Shown piece after piece: positions 23,379-36,409 of a stretch of DNA of 64,000 bases. Every line of letters begins with the position of its first letter. The stretch's first letter is position 1. Location: contig CAXUWE010000001.1 in assembly GCA_964255105.1 (NCBI GenBank), positions 1 to 64,000 of the forward strand. The letters are read 5' to 3'. This DNA comes from Porpidia crustulata. Lineage: Eukaryota. The notes under the pieces were generated by a model. The model had not been told where the DNA came from. It searched no databases and saw nothing but the letters and a program-made list of their open reading frames with translations. The position numbers and the translations under genes are program-made.

Positions 23379-24146
23379 TCAATGAGGAGTTTCGCTTCTC
23401 AAATTGAGTCTCAGTCGGACTTCGATGACCTTCACGATGGCCCGCCAGTCGACCATTGCACCGTCACCAATATCACCACAAGCCAGGGTTTTCTCGACAG
23501 GTCTCAGTACTTCCACCCATCCTTCACGGTCCCCTTTGACACCCCAATCCTGTTCAAGAACTTTGATTTGCTTTTGCGTGGTTGGATGTTTCCACATTGC
23601 TGTGTTCATAGCTAAAGCCACCACGATCAGCTTTCTCGAGCCACTTGCGATATTAGCATCAAGCTCCCCGGTAGTGTCCCAGGCTCGAACCACAGATAAT
23701 AATAGATTGTCTGCTAGCCCTGTTGTCATCTTCGCCATGGAGTTCGCAGATAGGGGTGCAATGACTAGTAAGTTTGCCCAGCGCCTCAACTCGATATGAA
23801 GTATTCCTCCCTGTCGTGTCCACGGCCGCTTCCACTCATCCTCGTCGTGGTAGATTCCGTCGACGTTGGGGTACGTAAGTAGAGTATCTAGAAGAGGCTG
23901 CTCCGGGCTCTGTCCCGCAAGAAAATTCTCAGCGGACTTAGTCAAGATAATGCGAATCGAGAGATGCAGGAATTTTCCTAGCTCATGAACAATATTTGGC
24001 AGCTTGATGGTTGCTACACTTCCACTCGCAGCCAGGAGGAGGTGCTGCTTGCCGTCGTCAGCGAAATCTTGAGCAACGAACACGGTTGACAAATTTTCGG
24101 CATTTTCTGATTCGGGTTCGGCGTCTGTGGTTACCATTCGTGGCAT
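23379..24146 (-). CDS. Phosphopantothenoylcysteine decarboxylase (Hal3/Cab3-type HFCD flavoprotein)
   Basis: LLAASGSVATIK, LHIELRRWA (catalytic His), APLSANSMAK, AMNTAMW, KTLACGDIGDGAM (catalytic Cys). Confidence 0.93.
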   Translation of the reverse strand: MPRMVTTDAEPESENAENLSTVFVAQDFADDGKQHLLLAASGSVATIKLPNIVHELGKFLHLSIRIILTKSAENFLAGQSPEQPLLDTLLTYPNVDGIYHDEDEWKRPWTRQGGILHIELRRWANLLVIAPLSANSMAKMTTGLADNLLLSVVRAWDTTGELDANIASGSRKLIVVALAMNTAMWKHPTTQKQIKVLEQDWGVKGDREGWVEVLRPVEKTLACGDIGDGAMVDWRAIVKVIEVRLRLNLRSETPH

Positions 24147-24455
24147 GATTTTATGGTTGAGACTGCTCTAGTGTAAGTTCGTTGAAGGAAAGCTTTTAGG
24201 AATCAGAAGAAATGACAGAAGTGGCAGAAGGGCAACATTCAGAAGGCTATGAGGATGGGCTCTTGGAATGTTGAATCTATCCATAATATAAAGGCAATGC
24301 TATTCGAATTATAATAAGTGGGAGTGTATCAACAATTATTTGTAGTTGTATATCAAAGGCTTGGCATGACATCATCGCCGGGTGTTTATTTATATCTTTT
24401 GTCTGAGGTAAGGTATCTAAATTGTGTTCTCCGCCGCACAATACACCACGCCCAA

Positions 24456-25048
24456 ATGTCGTCTCGAAGTATCTTATTATCAGTAAGCCTAAAGGCAAAT
24501 CATCCTAGAATTTCAGCTAAGGAAAACGAAATGTACAGGCACCACGGCTCATGTCGAGGCCAGTGGCGCATCTGCGACCACAGTTCGTTCGACTTACGCC
24601 GTCTCAGATTCGACTACTTTCCACACAAACAAAATCTGCGATAGATCAAGCAGTAGCATCTAAACCTGTGGTGCTATTCATGAAGGGAACACCAGAAACA
24701 CCACAGTGTGGATTTTCAAGAGCAAGCATACAGATTCTAGGTCTACAAGGTGTAGATCCCAATAAATTCTCAGCATTCAATGTCCTCGAAGATGAAGAGC
24801 TGAGGCAAGGTGTGCTTCTACCATAGGCATCAGTTTACAGGAGTGATACGCTAATGGTCCCGCTTTCAGGCCTAAAAGAGTATTCGGATTGGCCGACGAT
24901 ACCTCAATTGTATGTGGACAAGGAATTTGTTGGAGGATGTGATATCCTGATGACGATGCATCAGAATGGGGAGTTGGCAAAGATGTTTGAGGAGAAGGAT
25001 ATCCTTGTCGCTGGTGATCCACCGGCAGAGTCTCCAGCGGGGCAATAA
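24456..25048 (+). CDS. GRX5: Mitochondrial monothiol glutaredoxin
   Basis: Arg/Ser-rich presequence, [40 protein letters not shown]; introns ~24483-24538 and ~24809-24869. Confidence 0.96.
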
Positions 25049-25398
25049 TTAGGTATGGAGAGGCACATATTTGTGTTAACAATCATGATATCCTTTTTTT
25101 GATAGTACAGATCTTGTCGTGCAGCTCTCTTTGAACGTTCATTGTAGGGTTTATGTCCTCTCATTTCGCAGACTATTCAATTTGGAGCGATCGGACTTCT
25201 TACTAGTATTCTCCAATAAAGGTATTGTTATCTAGGTAATTCAAGTTCCATCTTGCTATTAATCTATCATTTCTTCTCACCTCTTGATCGTCATGAAGAA
25301 GATACTTGAATCAGCCCAAGGTTCACCTGGAATAACCGAGCACCGGAGCAAGTCCCTCTTCTCTGAACCGTACGTCTGTTTGCTTTATCAATGTCACC

Positions 25399-26288
25399 AT
25401 GAAGAAACAGCCATCTCGCGTAGGTGTGGATAAGAAGTCTAAATCAGTATCGACATCCGCAATATTTAAAAAAACGAAGGTCGATGCAACGAAAAAGACC
25501 ACTTCCAAGACACAGGCGAGATCGTCCAAAGATTCAAATGAATTTAAAAAGTATAGAATCAAGCGCATATCAGAGCATCCACTTGCTACTGCGTTTTCAC
25601 GTTAGTCATCTGTATATTTACTCCAGAAATCTGCCAGCTAACTACCTCCCCATCAGGAAGTCTCTCCAACTCCCGCGAGCGTATCAAGCAACAAGCATCC
25701 ACCTCTCTGACCTCCATCTGCCAGTCTGTCTCCACGCGCGCCATCAAAGTCGAGGAACAGTTTGATGAGCAGCTGCAAACTGTCTCCAAATCAGATGCCA
25801 GATTCCTACAGCCTCTGGAGAACGAGCAACTCCAGTTCAAATCCCATGATGGCACGTCCTCCGGTATAGTGAAGCTCAGCGACCGTATGGCCGTTTTCCG
25901 CAAGCTCGTCGCTTCCGAGGAACAAGCACTCGAGTCTTTGCGTAACGAGTGGTTGGATGTGCAGAACGAGATTGCTACAGTTGCGACTGAGACACTCGGG
26001 GCTAAGGGACTCGAGGAGCTTATGAATGGTAAGATGGATGGCAACTTTGCAACAAAGGAGCAAAATGAGTGGGATGAGGACCTTGAAAGGATGAGAGCGA
26101 AATTTCTTGAGGAGGTGCAGACAATGAGTGAGCAGGCAATAGAGGGAATGAGGGAGGGAGAAAAGGTACGTAGCTGCAGTTGCTCGCCGTACTGCCAGAC
26201 GCATACTTATCTTCGGTGATAGGAGTTGAAAATCCGTGAAATCAAGCAGAGGAAGAGGTTATTCGATCTATTTACCGTGGATGATTAG
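25399..26288 (+). CDS. Hypothetical protein, Lys-rich N-terminus and acidic coiled-coil C-terminus, about 3 exons
   Basis: ORF pieces 25399-25600 and 25627-26165 plus a short last exon after a GTACGT..TAG intron; no recognised domain. Confidence 0.6.
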
Positions 26289-26978
26289 ACGTTGACAGAG
26301 ACATTCATTGCTCCATTGGCTGTCAGCGTGCTTTGACTTTCCATGTTCACCTGATTACCTGCTATACAACACCAGAAATCTGAGATCTCGAGCTATAGTA
26401 TCATCTACAATTGACGCCCTCCAGATTTTGAGCTCCACACCCGGGCACCCCCATTGCGCCCTCCTACACCTTCATTGACCGTGGGTGGCCGCCACGCCTT
26501 GCGAAAAATCTGCTTCACGAATCTTAATTCGCCGCTCGACGTACTTTTGGAAAAACCGACGGGCGCGGACAAGTCTCTGAAGGTATGAAAATCTGGTAAA
26601 GGAATTCGTTCACATCTGGACAATCTAGACAGATAAGATGGCTACAAGCGGTTCCCACCGGCTCCGCAACGTCACTGCTCGAGGGCCAGCTCAGCGACAT
26701 CGGGCAATGCGGGTAAGGTAGATACCACTCGATCAATTCACTACCACACCAATTCTGGTGAATAACCATCTTGACAAGTCGGGCACAGCTTGCGCCCTTC
26801 CTCGGACCGAATATGAGCCAACTATAGACTAGTTGGTAGACACATGAAAAAGTATATAGCTATTGACTCCTGCTCCCTCCATCGCTGATTGATAATCTGA
26901 AAGTTGCGACGTATTTATCCATTGACTGTATCAATTGGCCTACAGAGTCACCGTGAATTGTGCTGCAGTACTGCAAAC

Positions 26979-28415
26979 ATGTCTCCTTCAGCAATTACCC
27001 CACCCCAGACGACCTCCGAGCTCACAGCTGCAGGCATTAAGCATACAATCCTGCATACAGCACCCTCAATGGCCGTCAGTGGCACCTTAAACCTTCAAGA
27101 GCTCGACGCCTCCAGACTCATCTTCACCCGCAACCACAATCCCAGACCCGTCCCAGAGTCCAACTCGCCAGAAGTGTGGTCACAAAATGTGTAAGTCCCT
27201 TTCGTCCCTTATGCTTTCGGGTCCTAACGTTCAGTCTCTAGTTGCACCGACCATATGATCACAGTCTCCTGGACAGCAAGCACTGGTTGGGCCGCCCCTG
27301 AGCTGCGACCATATGGCCCCCTGTCCCTCATGCCTACCGCCTCGGTTCTCCATTACGCAACCGAGTGCTTCGAAGGCATGAAATTCTACCGTGGTTACGA
27401 CGGTCGCCTTCGTCTCTTCCGGCCCGATCGCAATTGTCGGCGCATGCTTGAAAGTGCTTCACGTATCGCTTTGCCGGCATTTATTCCAGATGAGCTACAG
27501 AGATTAATCGAAAAACTTGTGAGCGTCGATGGTGGGAAGTGGCTGCCAAAGGAGAAGCCGGGAGAGTTTATGTATCTGCGGCCAACGATGATTGCGAATG
27601 GCGCGGCGCTGGGAGTGCAAAAACCGAAGGAGGCATTGTTATTTATCATAGCCTGCTGTTTCCCAGCGATTGATGGAGCACGTGGGACACAGAGGGTCGA
27701 TCCGATACACACCGCTGTCAGCAATACCAACGGTATCAAGAATATGAGCAAACCCGGATTGAAGCTTTTGGCAAGTAAGGAGGACATGTTCCGGGCCTGG
27801 CCCGGAGGTTTTGGCTATGCGAAGCTCGGCGCGAACTATGGTCCAAGTCTGATAGCCCAAGCGGAGGCGAAACAGCGAGGATTCGACCAGATTCTATGGT
27901 TGTTTGGGTCGCAATGCGATGTAACCGAGGCGGGAGCGAGTAACTTCTTTATCGTGTGGAGAACGAGGGATGGCAGGATGCAGCTTGTGACTGCGCCGCT
28001 GGACGATAAGATTATTCTTGATGGGGTGACACGACGCAGTGTCTTAGACCTAGCGAGGACAAGATTAAGCAGAAGTTGGGAAAATATCGAAGGGCTGGAA
28101 ATTATTGAGAGAAACTATACAATGAGTGAGCTTGAAGAGGCTGTTGAAGAGGGTAGGCTGGTCGAAGCTTTCGTCGCTGGGACAGCCGTAAATCAAACGA
28201 CGTCGATCTTATGATGAGGATGGGCTAATATTCTGCAGTTTTTCATTTCCCCAGTATCTCTTATCCACTTTCGTGGAAAAGATCTTCACATTCCTGTCTC
28301 GGAGGGAACTGCCAGGACTCATGCCACTGTCATCAAGACATGGCTGAAGAACATCATGTACGGAAGGGATCAGCATGAGTGGGGGGTCGTGGTAGAGGAA
28401 GCCAAAGCAGAATGA
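26979..28415 (+). CDS. Branched-chain amino acid aminotransferase (PLP class IV)
   Basis: TDHM, LHYATECFEGMK, RLFRPD, YLRPT, GFGYAKLGANYGPS (PLP lysine), TEAGASNFF, ILDGVTRRS, EAFVAGTA; introns ~27190-27241 and ~28188-28238. Confidence 0.96.
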
Positions 28416-29042
28416 AAAGTATCCTGTCAGCCTCTGGATTCGTCATCGACGCGCATACTCTTTGAATCTTAGAGTAGAACTGGGCTCTATATGTTACTTC
28501 GATTCAACGGCTCATAGAAAATCTTGAATTTGAGACATTTAATTACGACCCATGAGATTTCCACTTCAGACGCTCGAGTGACTTCATCGAACGACCCTGC
28601 CGTGGAACAGCGTGGCACAAACCGTAGCTGAGCATCATGAAGCCCAATGCCGACCAATTCGATGGATGAGCCAAGGGAAATTTCCTGCTAGATGCCAAAG
28701 ATAAGACTCAGCTGGCGCTCGAACGCTGTCCTACTTCGTACGCCTTTGAACTCGGACTTTACTGAATTCTGCGGAACGTCAAAGGCTTCTCTTCTTCGCT
28801 CCCGTTTTTACAGTTTCTTCATGCTCGACAGAACCAGCTCTTTCTTGAGTCTATCGAACGATCAGAGACGAGGGGTCAGACAGGGAGAATGAGCGAGATC
28901 TCGCCCAGGGGCTGAACTTTTATGTGGACTGTAAGGCGAACTCTTTCCTGAGTCAGGCTCACCGTACTTCACGAAAGAGGTCCAGTCGAATGGCTTGAAC
29001 TTGGGTCTGCTTTCCTGATGGGACATGCTTAGGTCAATGCCT

Positions 29043-30083
29043 TCACACCAGGCCCCCTAGAACAACTTTGCCTATCCCAGTCATTTCACCCTTGGCTCCA
29101 CCTCGACTAGCATCTTCGAATTCTTTGACAATTCCCATAACGATGACCTTCCGCAGTCTTGCATCTGCTTTAGCAAATATTTCCCCGACTTGGGGGCCGC
29201 ACATCGTGGGCGAAGAGACAAGACTCATAATCCTTGTATAGCAGTCAATCAAAACATCACACAGCGTAGCAAAAGTCTCAAAGAAGTCCGGGTCGAAAGG
29301 TAATGATGGCGTGAGTAGATGGGTATATTCCTCACCCGGTAGCAGCTCCTGCTCACTTACAGGAAACGAGGATGCAGACGAGGAGCCTCCACCTTGTCCA
29401 CCACCGACCATAGATTTCAGTTCTGCAGGATCACTCGATTGCATTGGAAATCCGATATCTGCGGCCGAGCTCGTCCGACGCCCTTTCGTGCTGTGCGTGG
29501 CGCGTTTGAACATTTGCGGTAGTCGTGCGCGCGTCAAGGAAGATGCGGATGAACCCTCAGGAGGATGCGCCTGCTGGTAAGACTCGAATTCCTGTAGAAG
29601 GGTGTTGAGGGCTTTAAGGTACTCATAGGGGTTCGAGGCATTTAAGTCGAGAATAGCAGGAAGAGAAAGACCAAGAAGAAGGTAGTTGGTCGCTCGGCGG
29701 GCAAGCTTCCTGACCTCAAAATAAGGCAGCCTAGCAAGGTCCGCTTTACTGAAGAGGAGTGTATTAAACCAATATACTCGGCCTTCGTGACTGTCATTTG
29801 GCTCAGTTGGGGCTTGTGCTTCATGAAAGGTACTGGTCACTGGGGCAGGATGTAACGCTAAAATGACTCACGCCTTTCTCAAGTAATCCAAGGTCGATAT
29901 TCGTTTTGAAGACATGTCGTGTATGTGTTGATACACCACTGTTGGGGTTTGTAGAGCTCCAGCAGGGGCAGGTGGAAAGGCAGGATTTGGTAGCGGCGCA
30001 GCGTTTCCCAACTGCCCATGACTACCATTGGAATAACTCCCATTTGAAGGTCTTCCATGTTCAGATCGAAAAGTGGCGATCAT
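29043..30083 (-). CDS. Uncharacterised fungal protein (start uncertain)
   Basis: HIHDMSSKRISTLDYLRKA|HEGRVYWFNT ... YTHLLTPSLPFDPDFFETFATLCDVL; GTGAGT..CAG intron ~29791-29872. Confidence 0.8.
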
Positions 30084-30707
30084 TGTACCAGGCCCGGCGG
30101 ATTGAAATACTCGGTCAATCGAGATGTACAGTTGACGAAGCTGAAGAAGGATTGGGGGGAAACCAAATTCTCTTGCAAGTTTCGGGCTTCGAGATCAATA
30201 TCCCAAATGGTTCTTCGAAGATGGTGTAATACGAAGTGGGTGTATGCGAATCCAAATCTTGAGTAAATGATTTTTGCAAATATAGAGCATTTACCTTCCT
30301 TGAGTAGGCACGAAGGCGAGATGTCTACTAGATATCTACGAAGAATAACAGTCCTGTCACATGCCAGGTGGAAGAAGCTTAAATCCCCACATGTACTCGT
30401 ACTCACCCCTAGTTCGGCCACGCTCGCTTAATTTAATCCTGTAACCCTAACCCTTGGTGTGATGGCCGAGCTAGGGGTGAGTACGAGTATATAAAGTAGG
30501 GTGGTAGGTAATGGACCAAACGGCGGGGAGCTCGGGTGACTCTAGTCACTCTCTGCATCCACCGTTCATTATTGTTCGTTGATCCATCAATCATCTGGCC
30601 TATCTCCATTCGATGTCTGGATTTATGAAGTGAAAGACGAATCTTCACGGTAGATTCTCTACAACCCCTGTTCCTCTGAACAATCTGTGTGGCCAAGAGC
30701 TTGTGAC

Positions 30708-32157
30708 ATGAGCAAAGATCCGTCTTGCAATATTCCAGCAAAGGGGGAATGGCCTGTAGACCCTCAGGAAGACGTTCAGATCTCAAAAGATCGTATATGG
30801 GTCGACGGGTGCTTTGATTTCAGTCATCACGGTATGCCGGTTCCGGGATTCATCAATACTCAAAGCTGATGGAAACGTCTAGGCCATGCTGGAGCCATGT
30901 TGCAAGCCCGACGCCTTGGTAAAGAGCTGCTAGTAGGAGTCCATTCGGATGAGGAAATCATGGACAACAAAGGCCCCACGGTCATGACGCTGAAAGAACG
31001 GTTCGTTGCTTTGCAGCTCGGAGCCAAGAAGATAGCTTACGGCTAATGGCAGCGTATCCGCCGTCGATGCCTGTCGTTGGGCCTCGCGCTCTGTTCCTCG
31101 TGCGCCATACGTTACCTCACTGCCTTGGGTATCTCATTATGGCTGCTACTACGTTGTGCACGGCGATGATGTCACATCCGACAGTGGCGGGGAGGACTGT
31201 TATAGATACGTAAAGGCAGCTGGGCGCTTTATGGTGGTTAAGAGGACACCAGGAATCTCCACAACAGACTTGGTCGGACGTATGCTCCTATATACAAGGA
31301 ACCATTTCATCAGATCCTTAAGAAAGGTTCTCTCCGGCGAAGAAGGCCCAGGAAGTCTGGAAGAGCGTAGGAGGCTGGGTGAACAGATGACCCAAAGAAT
31401 CAAAGACTACGCCACTGATGACACAGGTCTACAGCAAGGTTCTCAGGTGCTTAGCTGGGCTGCATCAAAAACGGCTATGGAAGACCACATGGCGGAGGAA
31501 GCAGGTACCTACACCACTATGGCGTTTGGGAACCCACCTCAACCAGGTCAGCGTATCGTCTACGTCGATGGTGGATTCGACCTCTTCTCCTCTGGTCATA
31601 TAGAATTTCTTCGCCAAGTTGTACTTGCCGAAGATTCTATCAGCCACGAGAACGATTCCGGGTCCGCCTACGTCGTCGCAGGCCTACATGACGACGAAGT
31701 TATTAACCACTGGAAAGGCATCAATTACCCCATTATGAACATCTTCGAGCGCGGTCTGTGCGTGCTGCAGTGCCGCTTCGTCAACGCAATAATTTTCTCC
31801 GCGCCTTTTACACCTTCCAAAGCCTATCTCAATAACTTTCCCTTCGGCCGTCCGCCAGCTGCTGTATATCACGGCCCGACGGCGTTCATGCCGCTGACGT
31901 ACGACCCATATGTTGCCGCAAAAGAGTTGGGGATTTACCGGGAAGTAGGGGAACATGCATTCCAGCACGTTAATGCGGGAGAAATTGTGCAAAGAATATT
32001 GAGAAGCCGGGAGATGTATGAAGCGAGGCAGCGGGCGAAAGGGGAGAAGGCCGTTGGGGAGGATGCCGCGAAGAGGCGGGAAGCGTTGGAACGCGACGCA
32101 AAGGCTTTGGAGGAGAGGGCAGGGATAGGTGGGATCATGCCCTTGAGGGTAACCTAG
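30708..32157 (+). CDS. ECT1: Ethanolamine-phosphate cytidylyltransferase
   Basis: Two cytidylyltransferase domains: RIWVDGCFDFSHHGH, VHGDD, KRTPGISTTDLVGRML and VYVDGGFDLFSSGH, YPIMNIFERGLCVLQC; two introns. Confidence 0.95.
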
Positions 32158-32525
32158 ACGCTCGTAGAATGGATGTAGGACGCCCATAATCCAATACTAC
32201 CTTAAATCCACTGCTCAACCCATCACTTTGCTGTGCGCAGCTATTGTGAAGGAAAGGAATCTGGGTGAAAGAAGAAATTGGAAGGCGCCCTTGTATTTCT
32301 AGACGTACGTCTAATCTCTATTTACGGCCGAGGGTCAGTTGTAGAAGTTGTGGTGTCTAAGTCGCCGAGTAAGGCCTCATATCCTATCCCCCCCAACGCC
32401 AGGCAATGTCTATCACATTCCCGTGGTATTCCCATGTGTAAATGCACCGCAAATCCGCTAAAGTCGGACACAGACGTAAGATTCTTGGACCCCCGATACC
32501 GCCGTGACCACGATTTCTTGCATGG

Positions 32526-33169
32526 TTATTGTGCCATCTTCTCCCTCAATTCCCTTTCCCTCTCCTCGCCCCAGACCCTTCTACTCATCTCCAAGACTGC
32601 CTCGAAGCCTTCCCGACCCTTCTGCGCATTCTGCTTGAAGCGCTCCACGCTCGCCTCTTCGATCTTGGTCTTGATCTTCTGCCAACCACCACAGAGAGCC
32701 GTAATCTTCGCATGTTGCTCGAACATTGTTCTCTCGTGGCCGGGAGTCGATGATTTAGGGTCATATTGATAAATCACGGTTTCGCGTACAGTGAGGAGGT
32801 CGGCCCACGTGAGATTTGTAGAGCACATTGTGACGCGTTTCGAAGTCGGAGAAACGTAGGAGGTTTCGTAGATTTGAGACGTGGTAGAGCCACCAAGGAG
32901 CGTAATGACCCAGGCAGGGGCGGATTGATGGCAGGTTATGAGTCGTTCAGTACGCAGCTAGGCAGAGGGCATAAGCAACCACATCTGAACGATATTGGGA
33001 GGATTAAACGTACAATGCCGGTTTCGGGGTCGACATGGCGAGAAAGCGTATCGACAGCAATAACATGGTCGGTCTTGTCATTCCAGGGACTACCATACTT
33101 CCGCCAGTTGGCAGTCGACACTTCTTCCCAGGAGTAATTGTACATGTACTTTGACGAGAAGACCTTCAT
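32526..33169 (-). CDS. UPS2: PRELI/MSF1-family mitochondrial lipid transfer protein
   Basis: MKVF..YSWEEVSTANWRKY, HVIAVDTLSR, MCSTNLTW, ERFKQNAQKGREGFE; one intron ~32925-33013. Confidence 0.9.
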
Positions 33170-34812
33170 TGCCGTAAGGTTACACAGGTATAGTCAGAAC
33201 TGAATCACCAAATTGCTGATAGGAGTAGTTTCTGCTATAGGTGTTAGACGGATTATCATTCGCTTTGAGAGAATTTGACCAGAGGAAACAATGTGAACTT
33301 CCACCAGTCTTTGAATGTCTGGCTTTTCGATGGAACAAAAGATTTCAACGGATGAGTGGAGGCGAATATCGGGACTCATCGGGATCATCCGGGGCTAAGC
33401 CCTGTTGGTTACGCCACATCCATCACAGTGCAGTTCGACTTGAATACGTGAATACCTACACAGCAGACTCATCTATCATAAGATTCTTTTTCTTCATATA
33501 ATATTAGGCTATTCACGAAATCACCAAATGATACCTTATTCCTTACGTCACATCGCCATTTTTGGATCTGCAAAGGGCCTTCCAGTCTGTGTTTGATACA
33601 AGTAGAGCCCCTTCCATGCAGCATATTTGTATGTTTCACAAATTTCTATTGGCATCAATAAGCCAGAAAGATGGCGTGAATCGTCACAAGGTAATTGGCT
33701 GGGCGGTACTCCACGGGTTGCGATAATGTTCAACGAAGACGGATGATTTATAGGTCTCGAAGTATTTCAGCTACGTTGGACGTACCTTGATACTGCAAAT
33801 AAAAGTCTTCGAACTCGCGAGGCGACCTCATCAATATCAACAGACGAACTTCTAAATGTGTTGATGAATCGAGCATGCGCGGATGAACTACTTGTCATCA
33901 TCGGATTCTAAAATCCAGGAATTGAGCTGCCCATTAATGAGAGCTCCAGACTGTGAATGCAAAAGTGTGCGAGGGCAAATGTGCGAGCACAGTACGTGCA
34001 TCCCGTAATCGCTCATCTTGCACAGTCAATCTGGAACAGATACTTCCCTTTTAAATCCATCTTATAATCATCAGGGTATCGAAGCCCCTTATTCGACAAT
34101 CCAGCTGAATCAACATCCTTGGTACACCACAATTTTGCTCCGCTGCTCTTTAATTTCACTTTCACCTTACATTAAAGCTGGCAATCGTGCTGGGTCAAGA
34201 GTAGCTTTACGGACTATTTAGCAAAATGCATAGTAACTTATATAGCGAGTGATCAAAACGTTGAATTGAACTGACCGAGTGGAAGGTCGTGTAACTTTCC
34301 TACAAGTAGGTAATTTTTCATTGTATAGCTCTTGATAGTAGCAGAGGAAACCTGGTTTTGATATGTATAGTAGACCATTTGGTGTGATGAGTATCGTACA
34401 TCACGATGGATTGCTTCAATCCACAGGCTCGTTGTTCATGGGACAACAACACAATCGCAGTGTCCAAGGATTAGTCTCTCGGATGATTACCCTTTTACAA
34501 AATAAAAGACTTGACTTCAGACGCAGCGAGGGAATGAATCAAAAGGACTTTGGACATTCGACTACTAATTGAGATATCCCTAATACCGTATCCGACAGGG
34601 GGCGGCTGATGGTTGCAGTCTGAAAATTAGTGCGCAGTAGTAGTGAGTCGGTAACAGTACAGGTAAACATCAAGCTCCGATCTGTGGAAACAGATGCCCT
34701 TGAATTAATACTTCCCCTCACCCAACTAATAGAAAGAAAAAATCGAATATCAAACATCTAGTGCTCCAAACAATTGTCCATCGTATCCGCAAGATCATCC
34801 TCATTCGCGACC

Positions 34813-35780
34813 ATGGTTGAGCTGCGTAAACGCAAAGCTGTCGGATCCTCAGTTCCCGCGCCTGTAACCAAAAAGCCTAGCTCGGTCAAATCAGCCTCGA
34901 AAGAAAAAGCTAAAGTCGCCGAAAAGAAAGGCATTTCTACCAACGGCGCATCGTCAAGTTCCAAGTTTACCGTTGGCGGTACTATTGACTTCGATGGGTT
35001 TGGCGGTGAGGTGGAAACCAACGACGGGGCGAAAACTAGTCTGAAGAAGCTGGTTGAGGATAGTGAAAGCGGCGTTGTACTTTTCACCTACCCCAAAGCG
35101 TCGACGCCTGGATGTATGTTCATCTTTCCTGATTATTGTACCAAAATGTATCATTTTATCTCAATTTTTCGTATCTTTCAGTCAACCCACGGCTTTGGAA
35201 TTTGGACTCAAATCTTTGATCAGGTACAACACAAGCTTGCCTCTTTAGAGACGAGTACGACCCATTGACTGGAACTGGCTTCGCCATTTACGGGTTGTCC
35301 ACAGATTCACCAAAGTCCAATACGACGTTCAAGACGAAGCAAAACCTGCCGTACACATTGCTTTGTGACCCTTTGGCATCTCTCATCGCTGCAATCGGTA
35401 TGAAGAAGGCACCAAAGGGAACTACTCGCGGCGTCTTTGTCGTGAGCAAGGAAGGCAAAGTCCTGGCTGCTCAGCCTGGTGTAGGTAAAGTTCTGAAAGC
35501 ATGCGGACGAAGCACTAATCGAAAACAGAGCCCTGCGACCACTGTGGACGTCGTCCGCAAGGTTGTTCTAGGTGGGAGTGCTGATCCCAATGGAGATGTT
35601 GGAGAAGTAAAGGAAGCTGCTGAAGTGAATCAAAAGACCGAGGAGGCCAAGGACGAGGCTGAGGGAGTCAAGCAGGCCGCCGCATCAAACTCAGATGAAG
35701 CTGCAGCTGATGTCGCAGCTGACGTCGCAGCTGAAGTCGCCGATACTGCCCAGAAGCTTGATGCAGGGGTTAAGGCATGA
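34813..35780 (+). CDS. DOT5: BCP/PrxQ-type peroxiredoxin with basic N-terminus
   Basis: MVELRKRK, VVLFTYPKASTPG|CTTQACLFRD, YGLSTDSPKSN, LPYTLLCDP; introns ~35113-35223 and 35481-35528. Confidence 0.93.
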
Positions 35781-36409
35781 GCTGACTCCTTACCGTGCTG
35801 ATTGGAGCTTGGGTCTCGAGATTTGGAGCCTGTCTGTCAGCGACCTCAGGCAAAATGGGAAGCCTCTTGAGTACCTAGGAAGAGCAAAAGTTGCTTCTAC
35901 ACTAATGCTCCGTTCCTGGGATGTTGACTTTACCTTGTGAATGCTCCTAATTTAAGTAGTAGAATAACTACGAGCAGAGTGATCAATTTCTAGGAGTGTC
36001 TATCCAGATGTTGTATTTCTCCATGCTCAGATTCTTCACCATCTCAACCTACCTCAAGCCAAGATTTCGTTTTTCTAATGCTTGCAAAATCTAAAGCGCC
36101 GGCAAAATGTTACTCCGGTATCGGCATTACTACGTACTCTCTTTCTCTCCCCTGTACCCCTCAATGGACCACCCTAATCAGACTAGTGGATAGAACCCTA
36201 ACCCTATGCTACGTGGTCCGTTGAGGGGTCAAAACGAGAAGGATCCGTTACCACATTAGCTACAACAATCTGAACGCGAATTTGTAGTGTCGCAAAACCC
36301 TGAATCAGGTAAGAATCCCTTTCGGCTGCCATAGTTCTCATGCTGATGCCTTGGTGTAAACAACTGCATTTAGTGACGTTTCCACTAGGTCTGAGGTCAT
36401 CTCGCACGC

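Noticed and set aside
26864..26869. TGACTC (Gcn4/CpcA-like site) upstream of the aminotransferase
   Set aside because: A single 6-mer is expected by chance, and it lies downstream of the TATA-like element.
30442..30454. Telomerase RNA template or true telomere
   Set aside because: Only about two repeats, inside a ~600-bp divergent promoter; no room or evidence for a long telomerase RNA and not a chromosome end.
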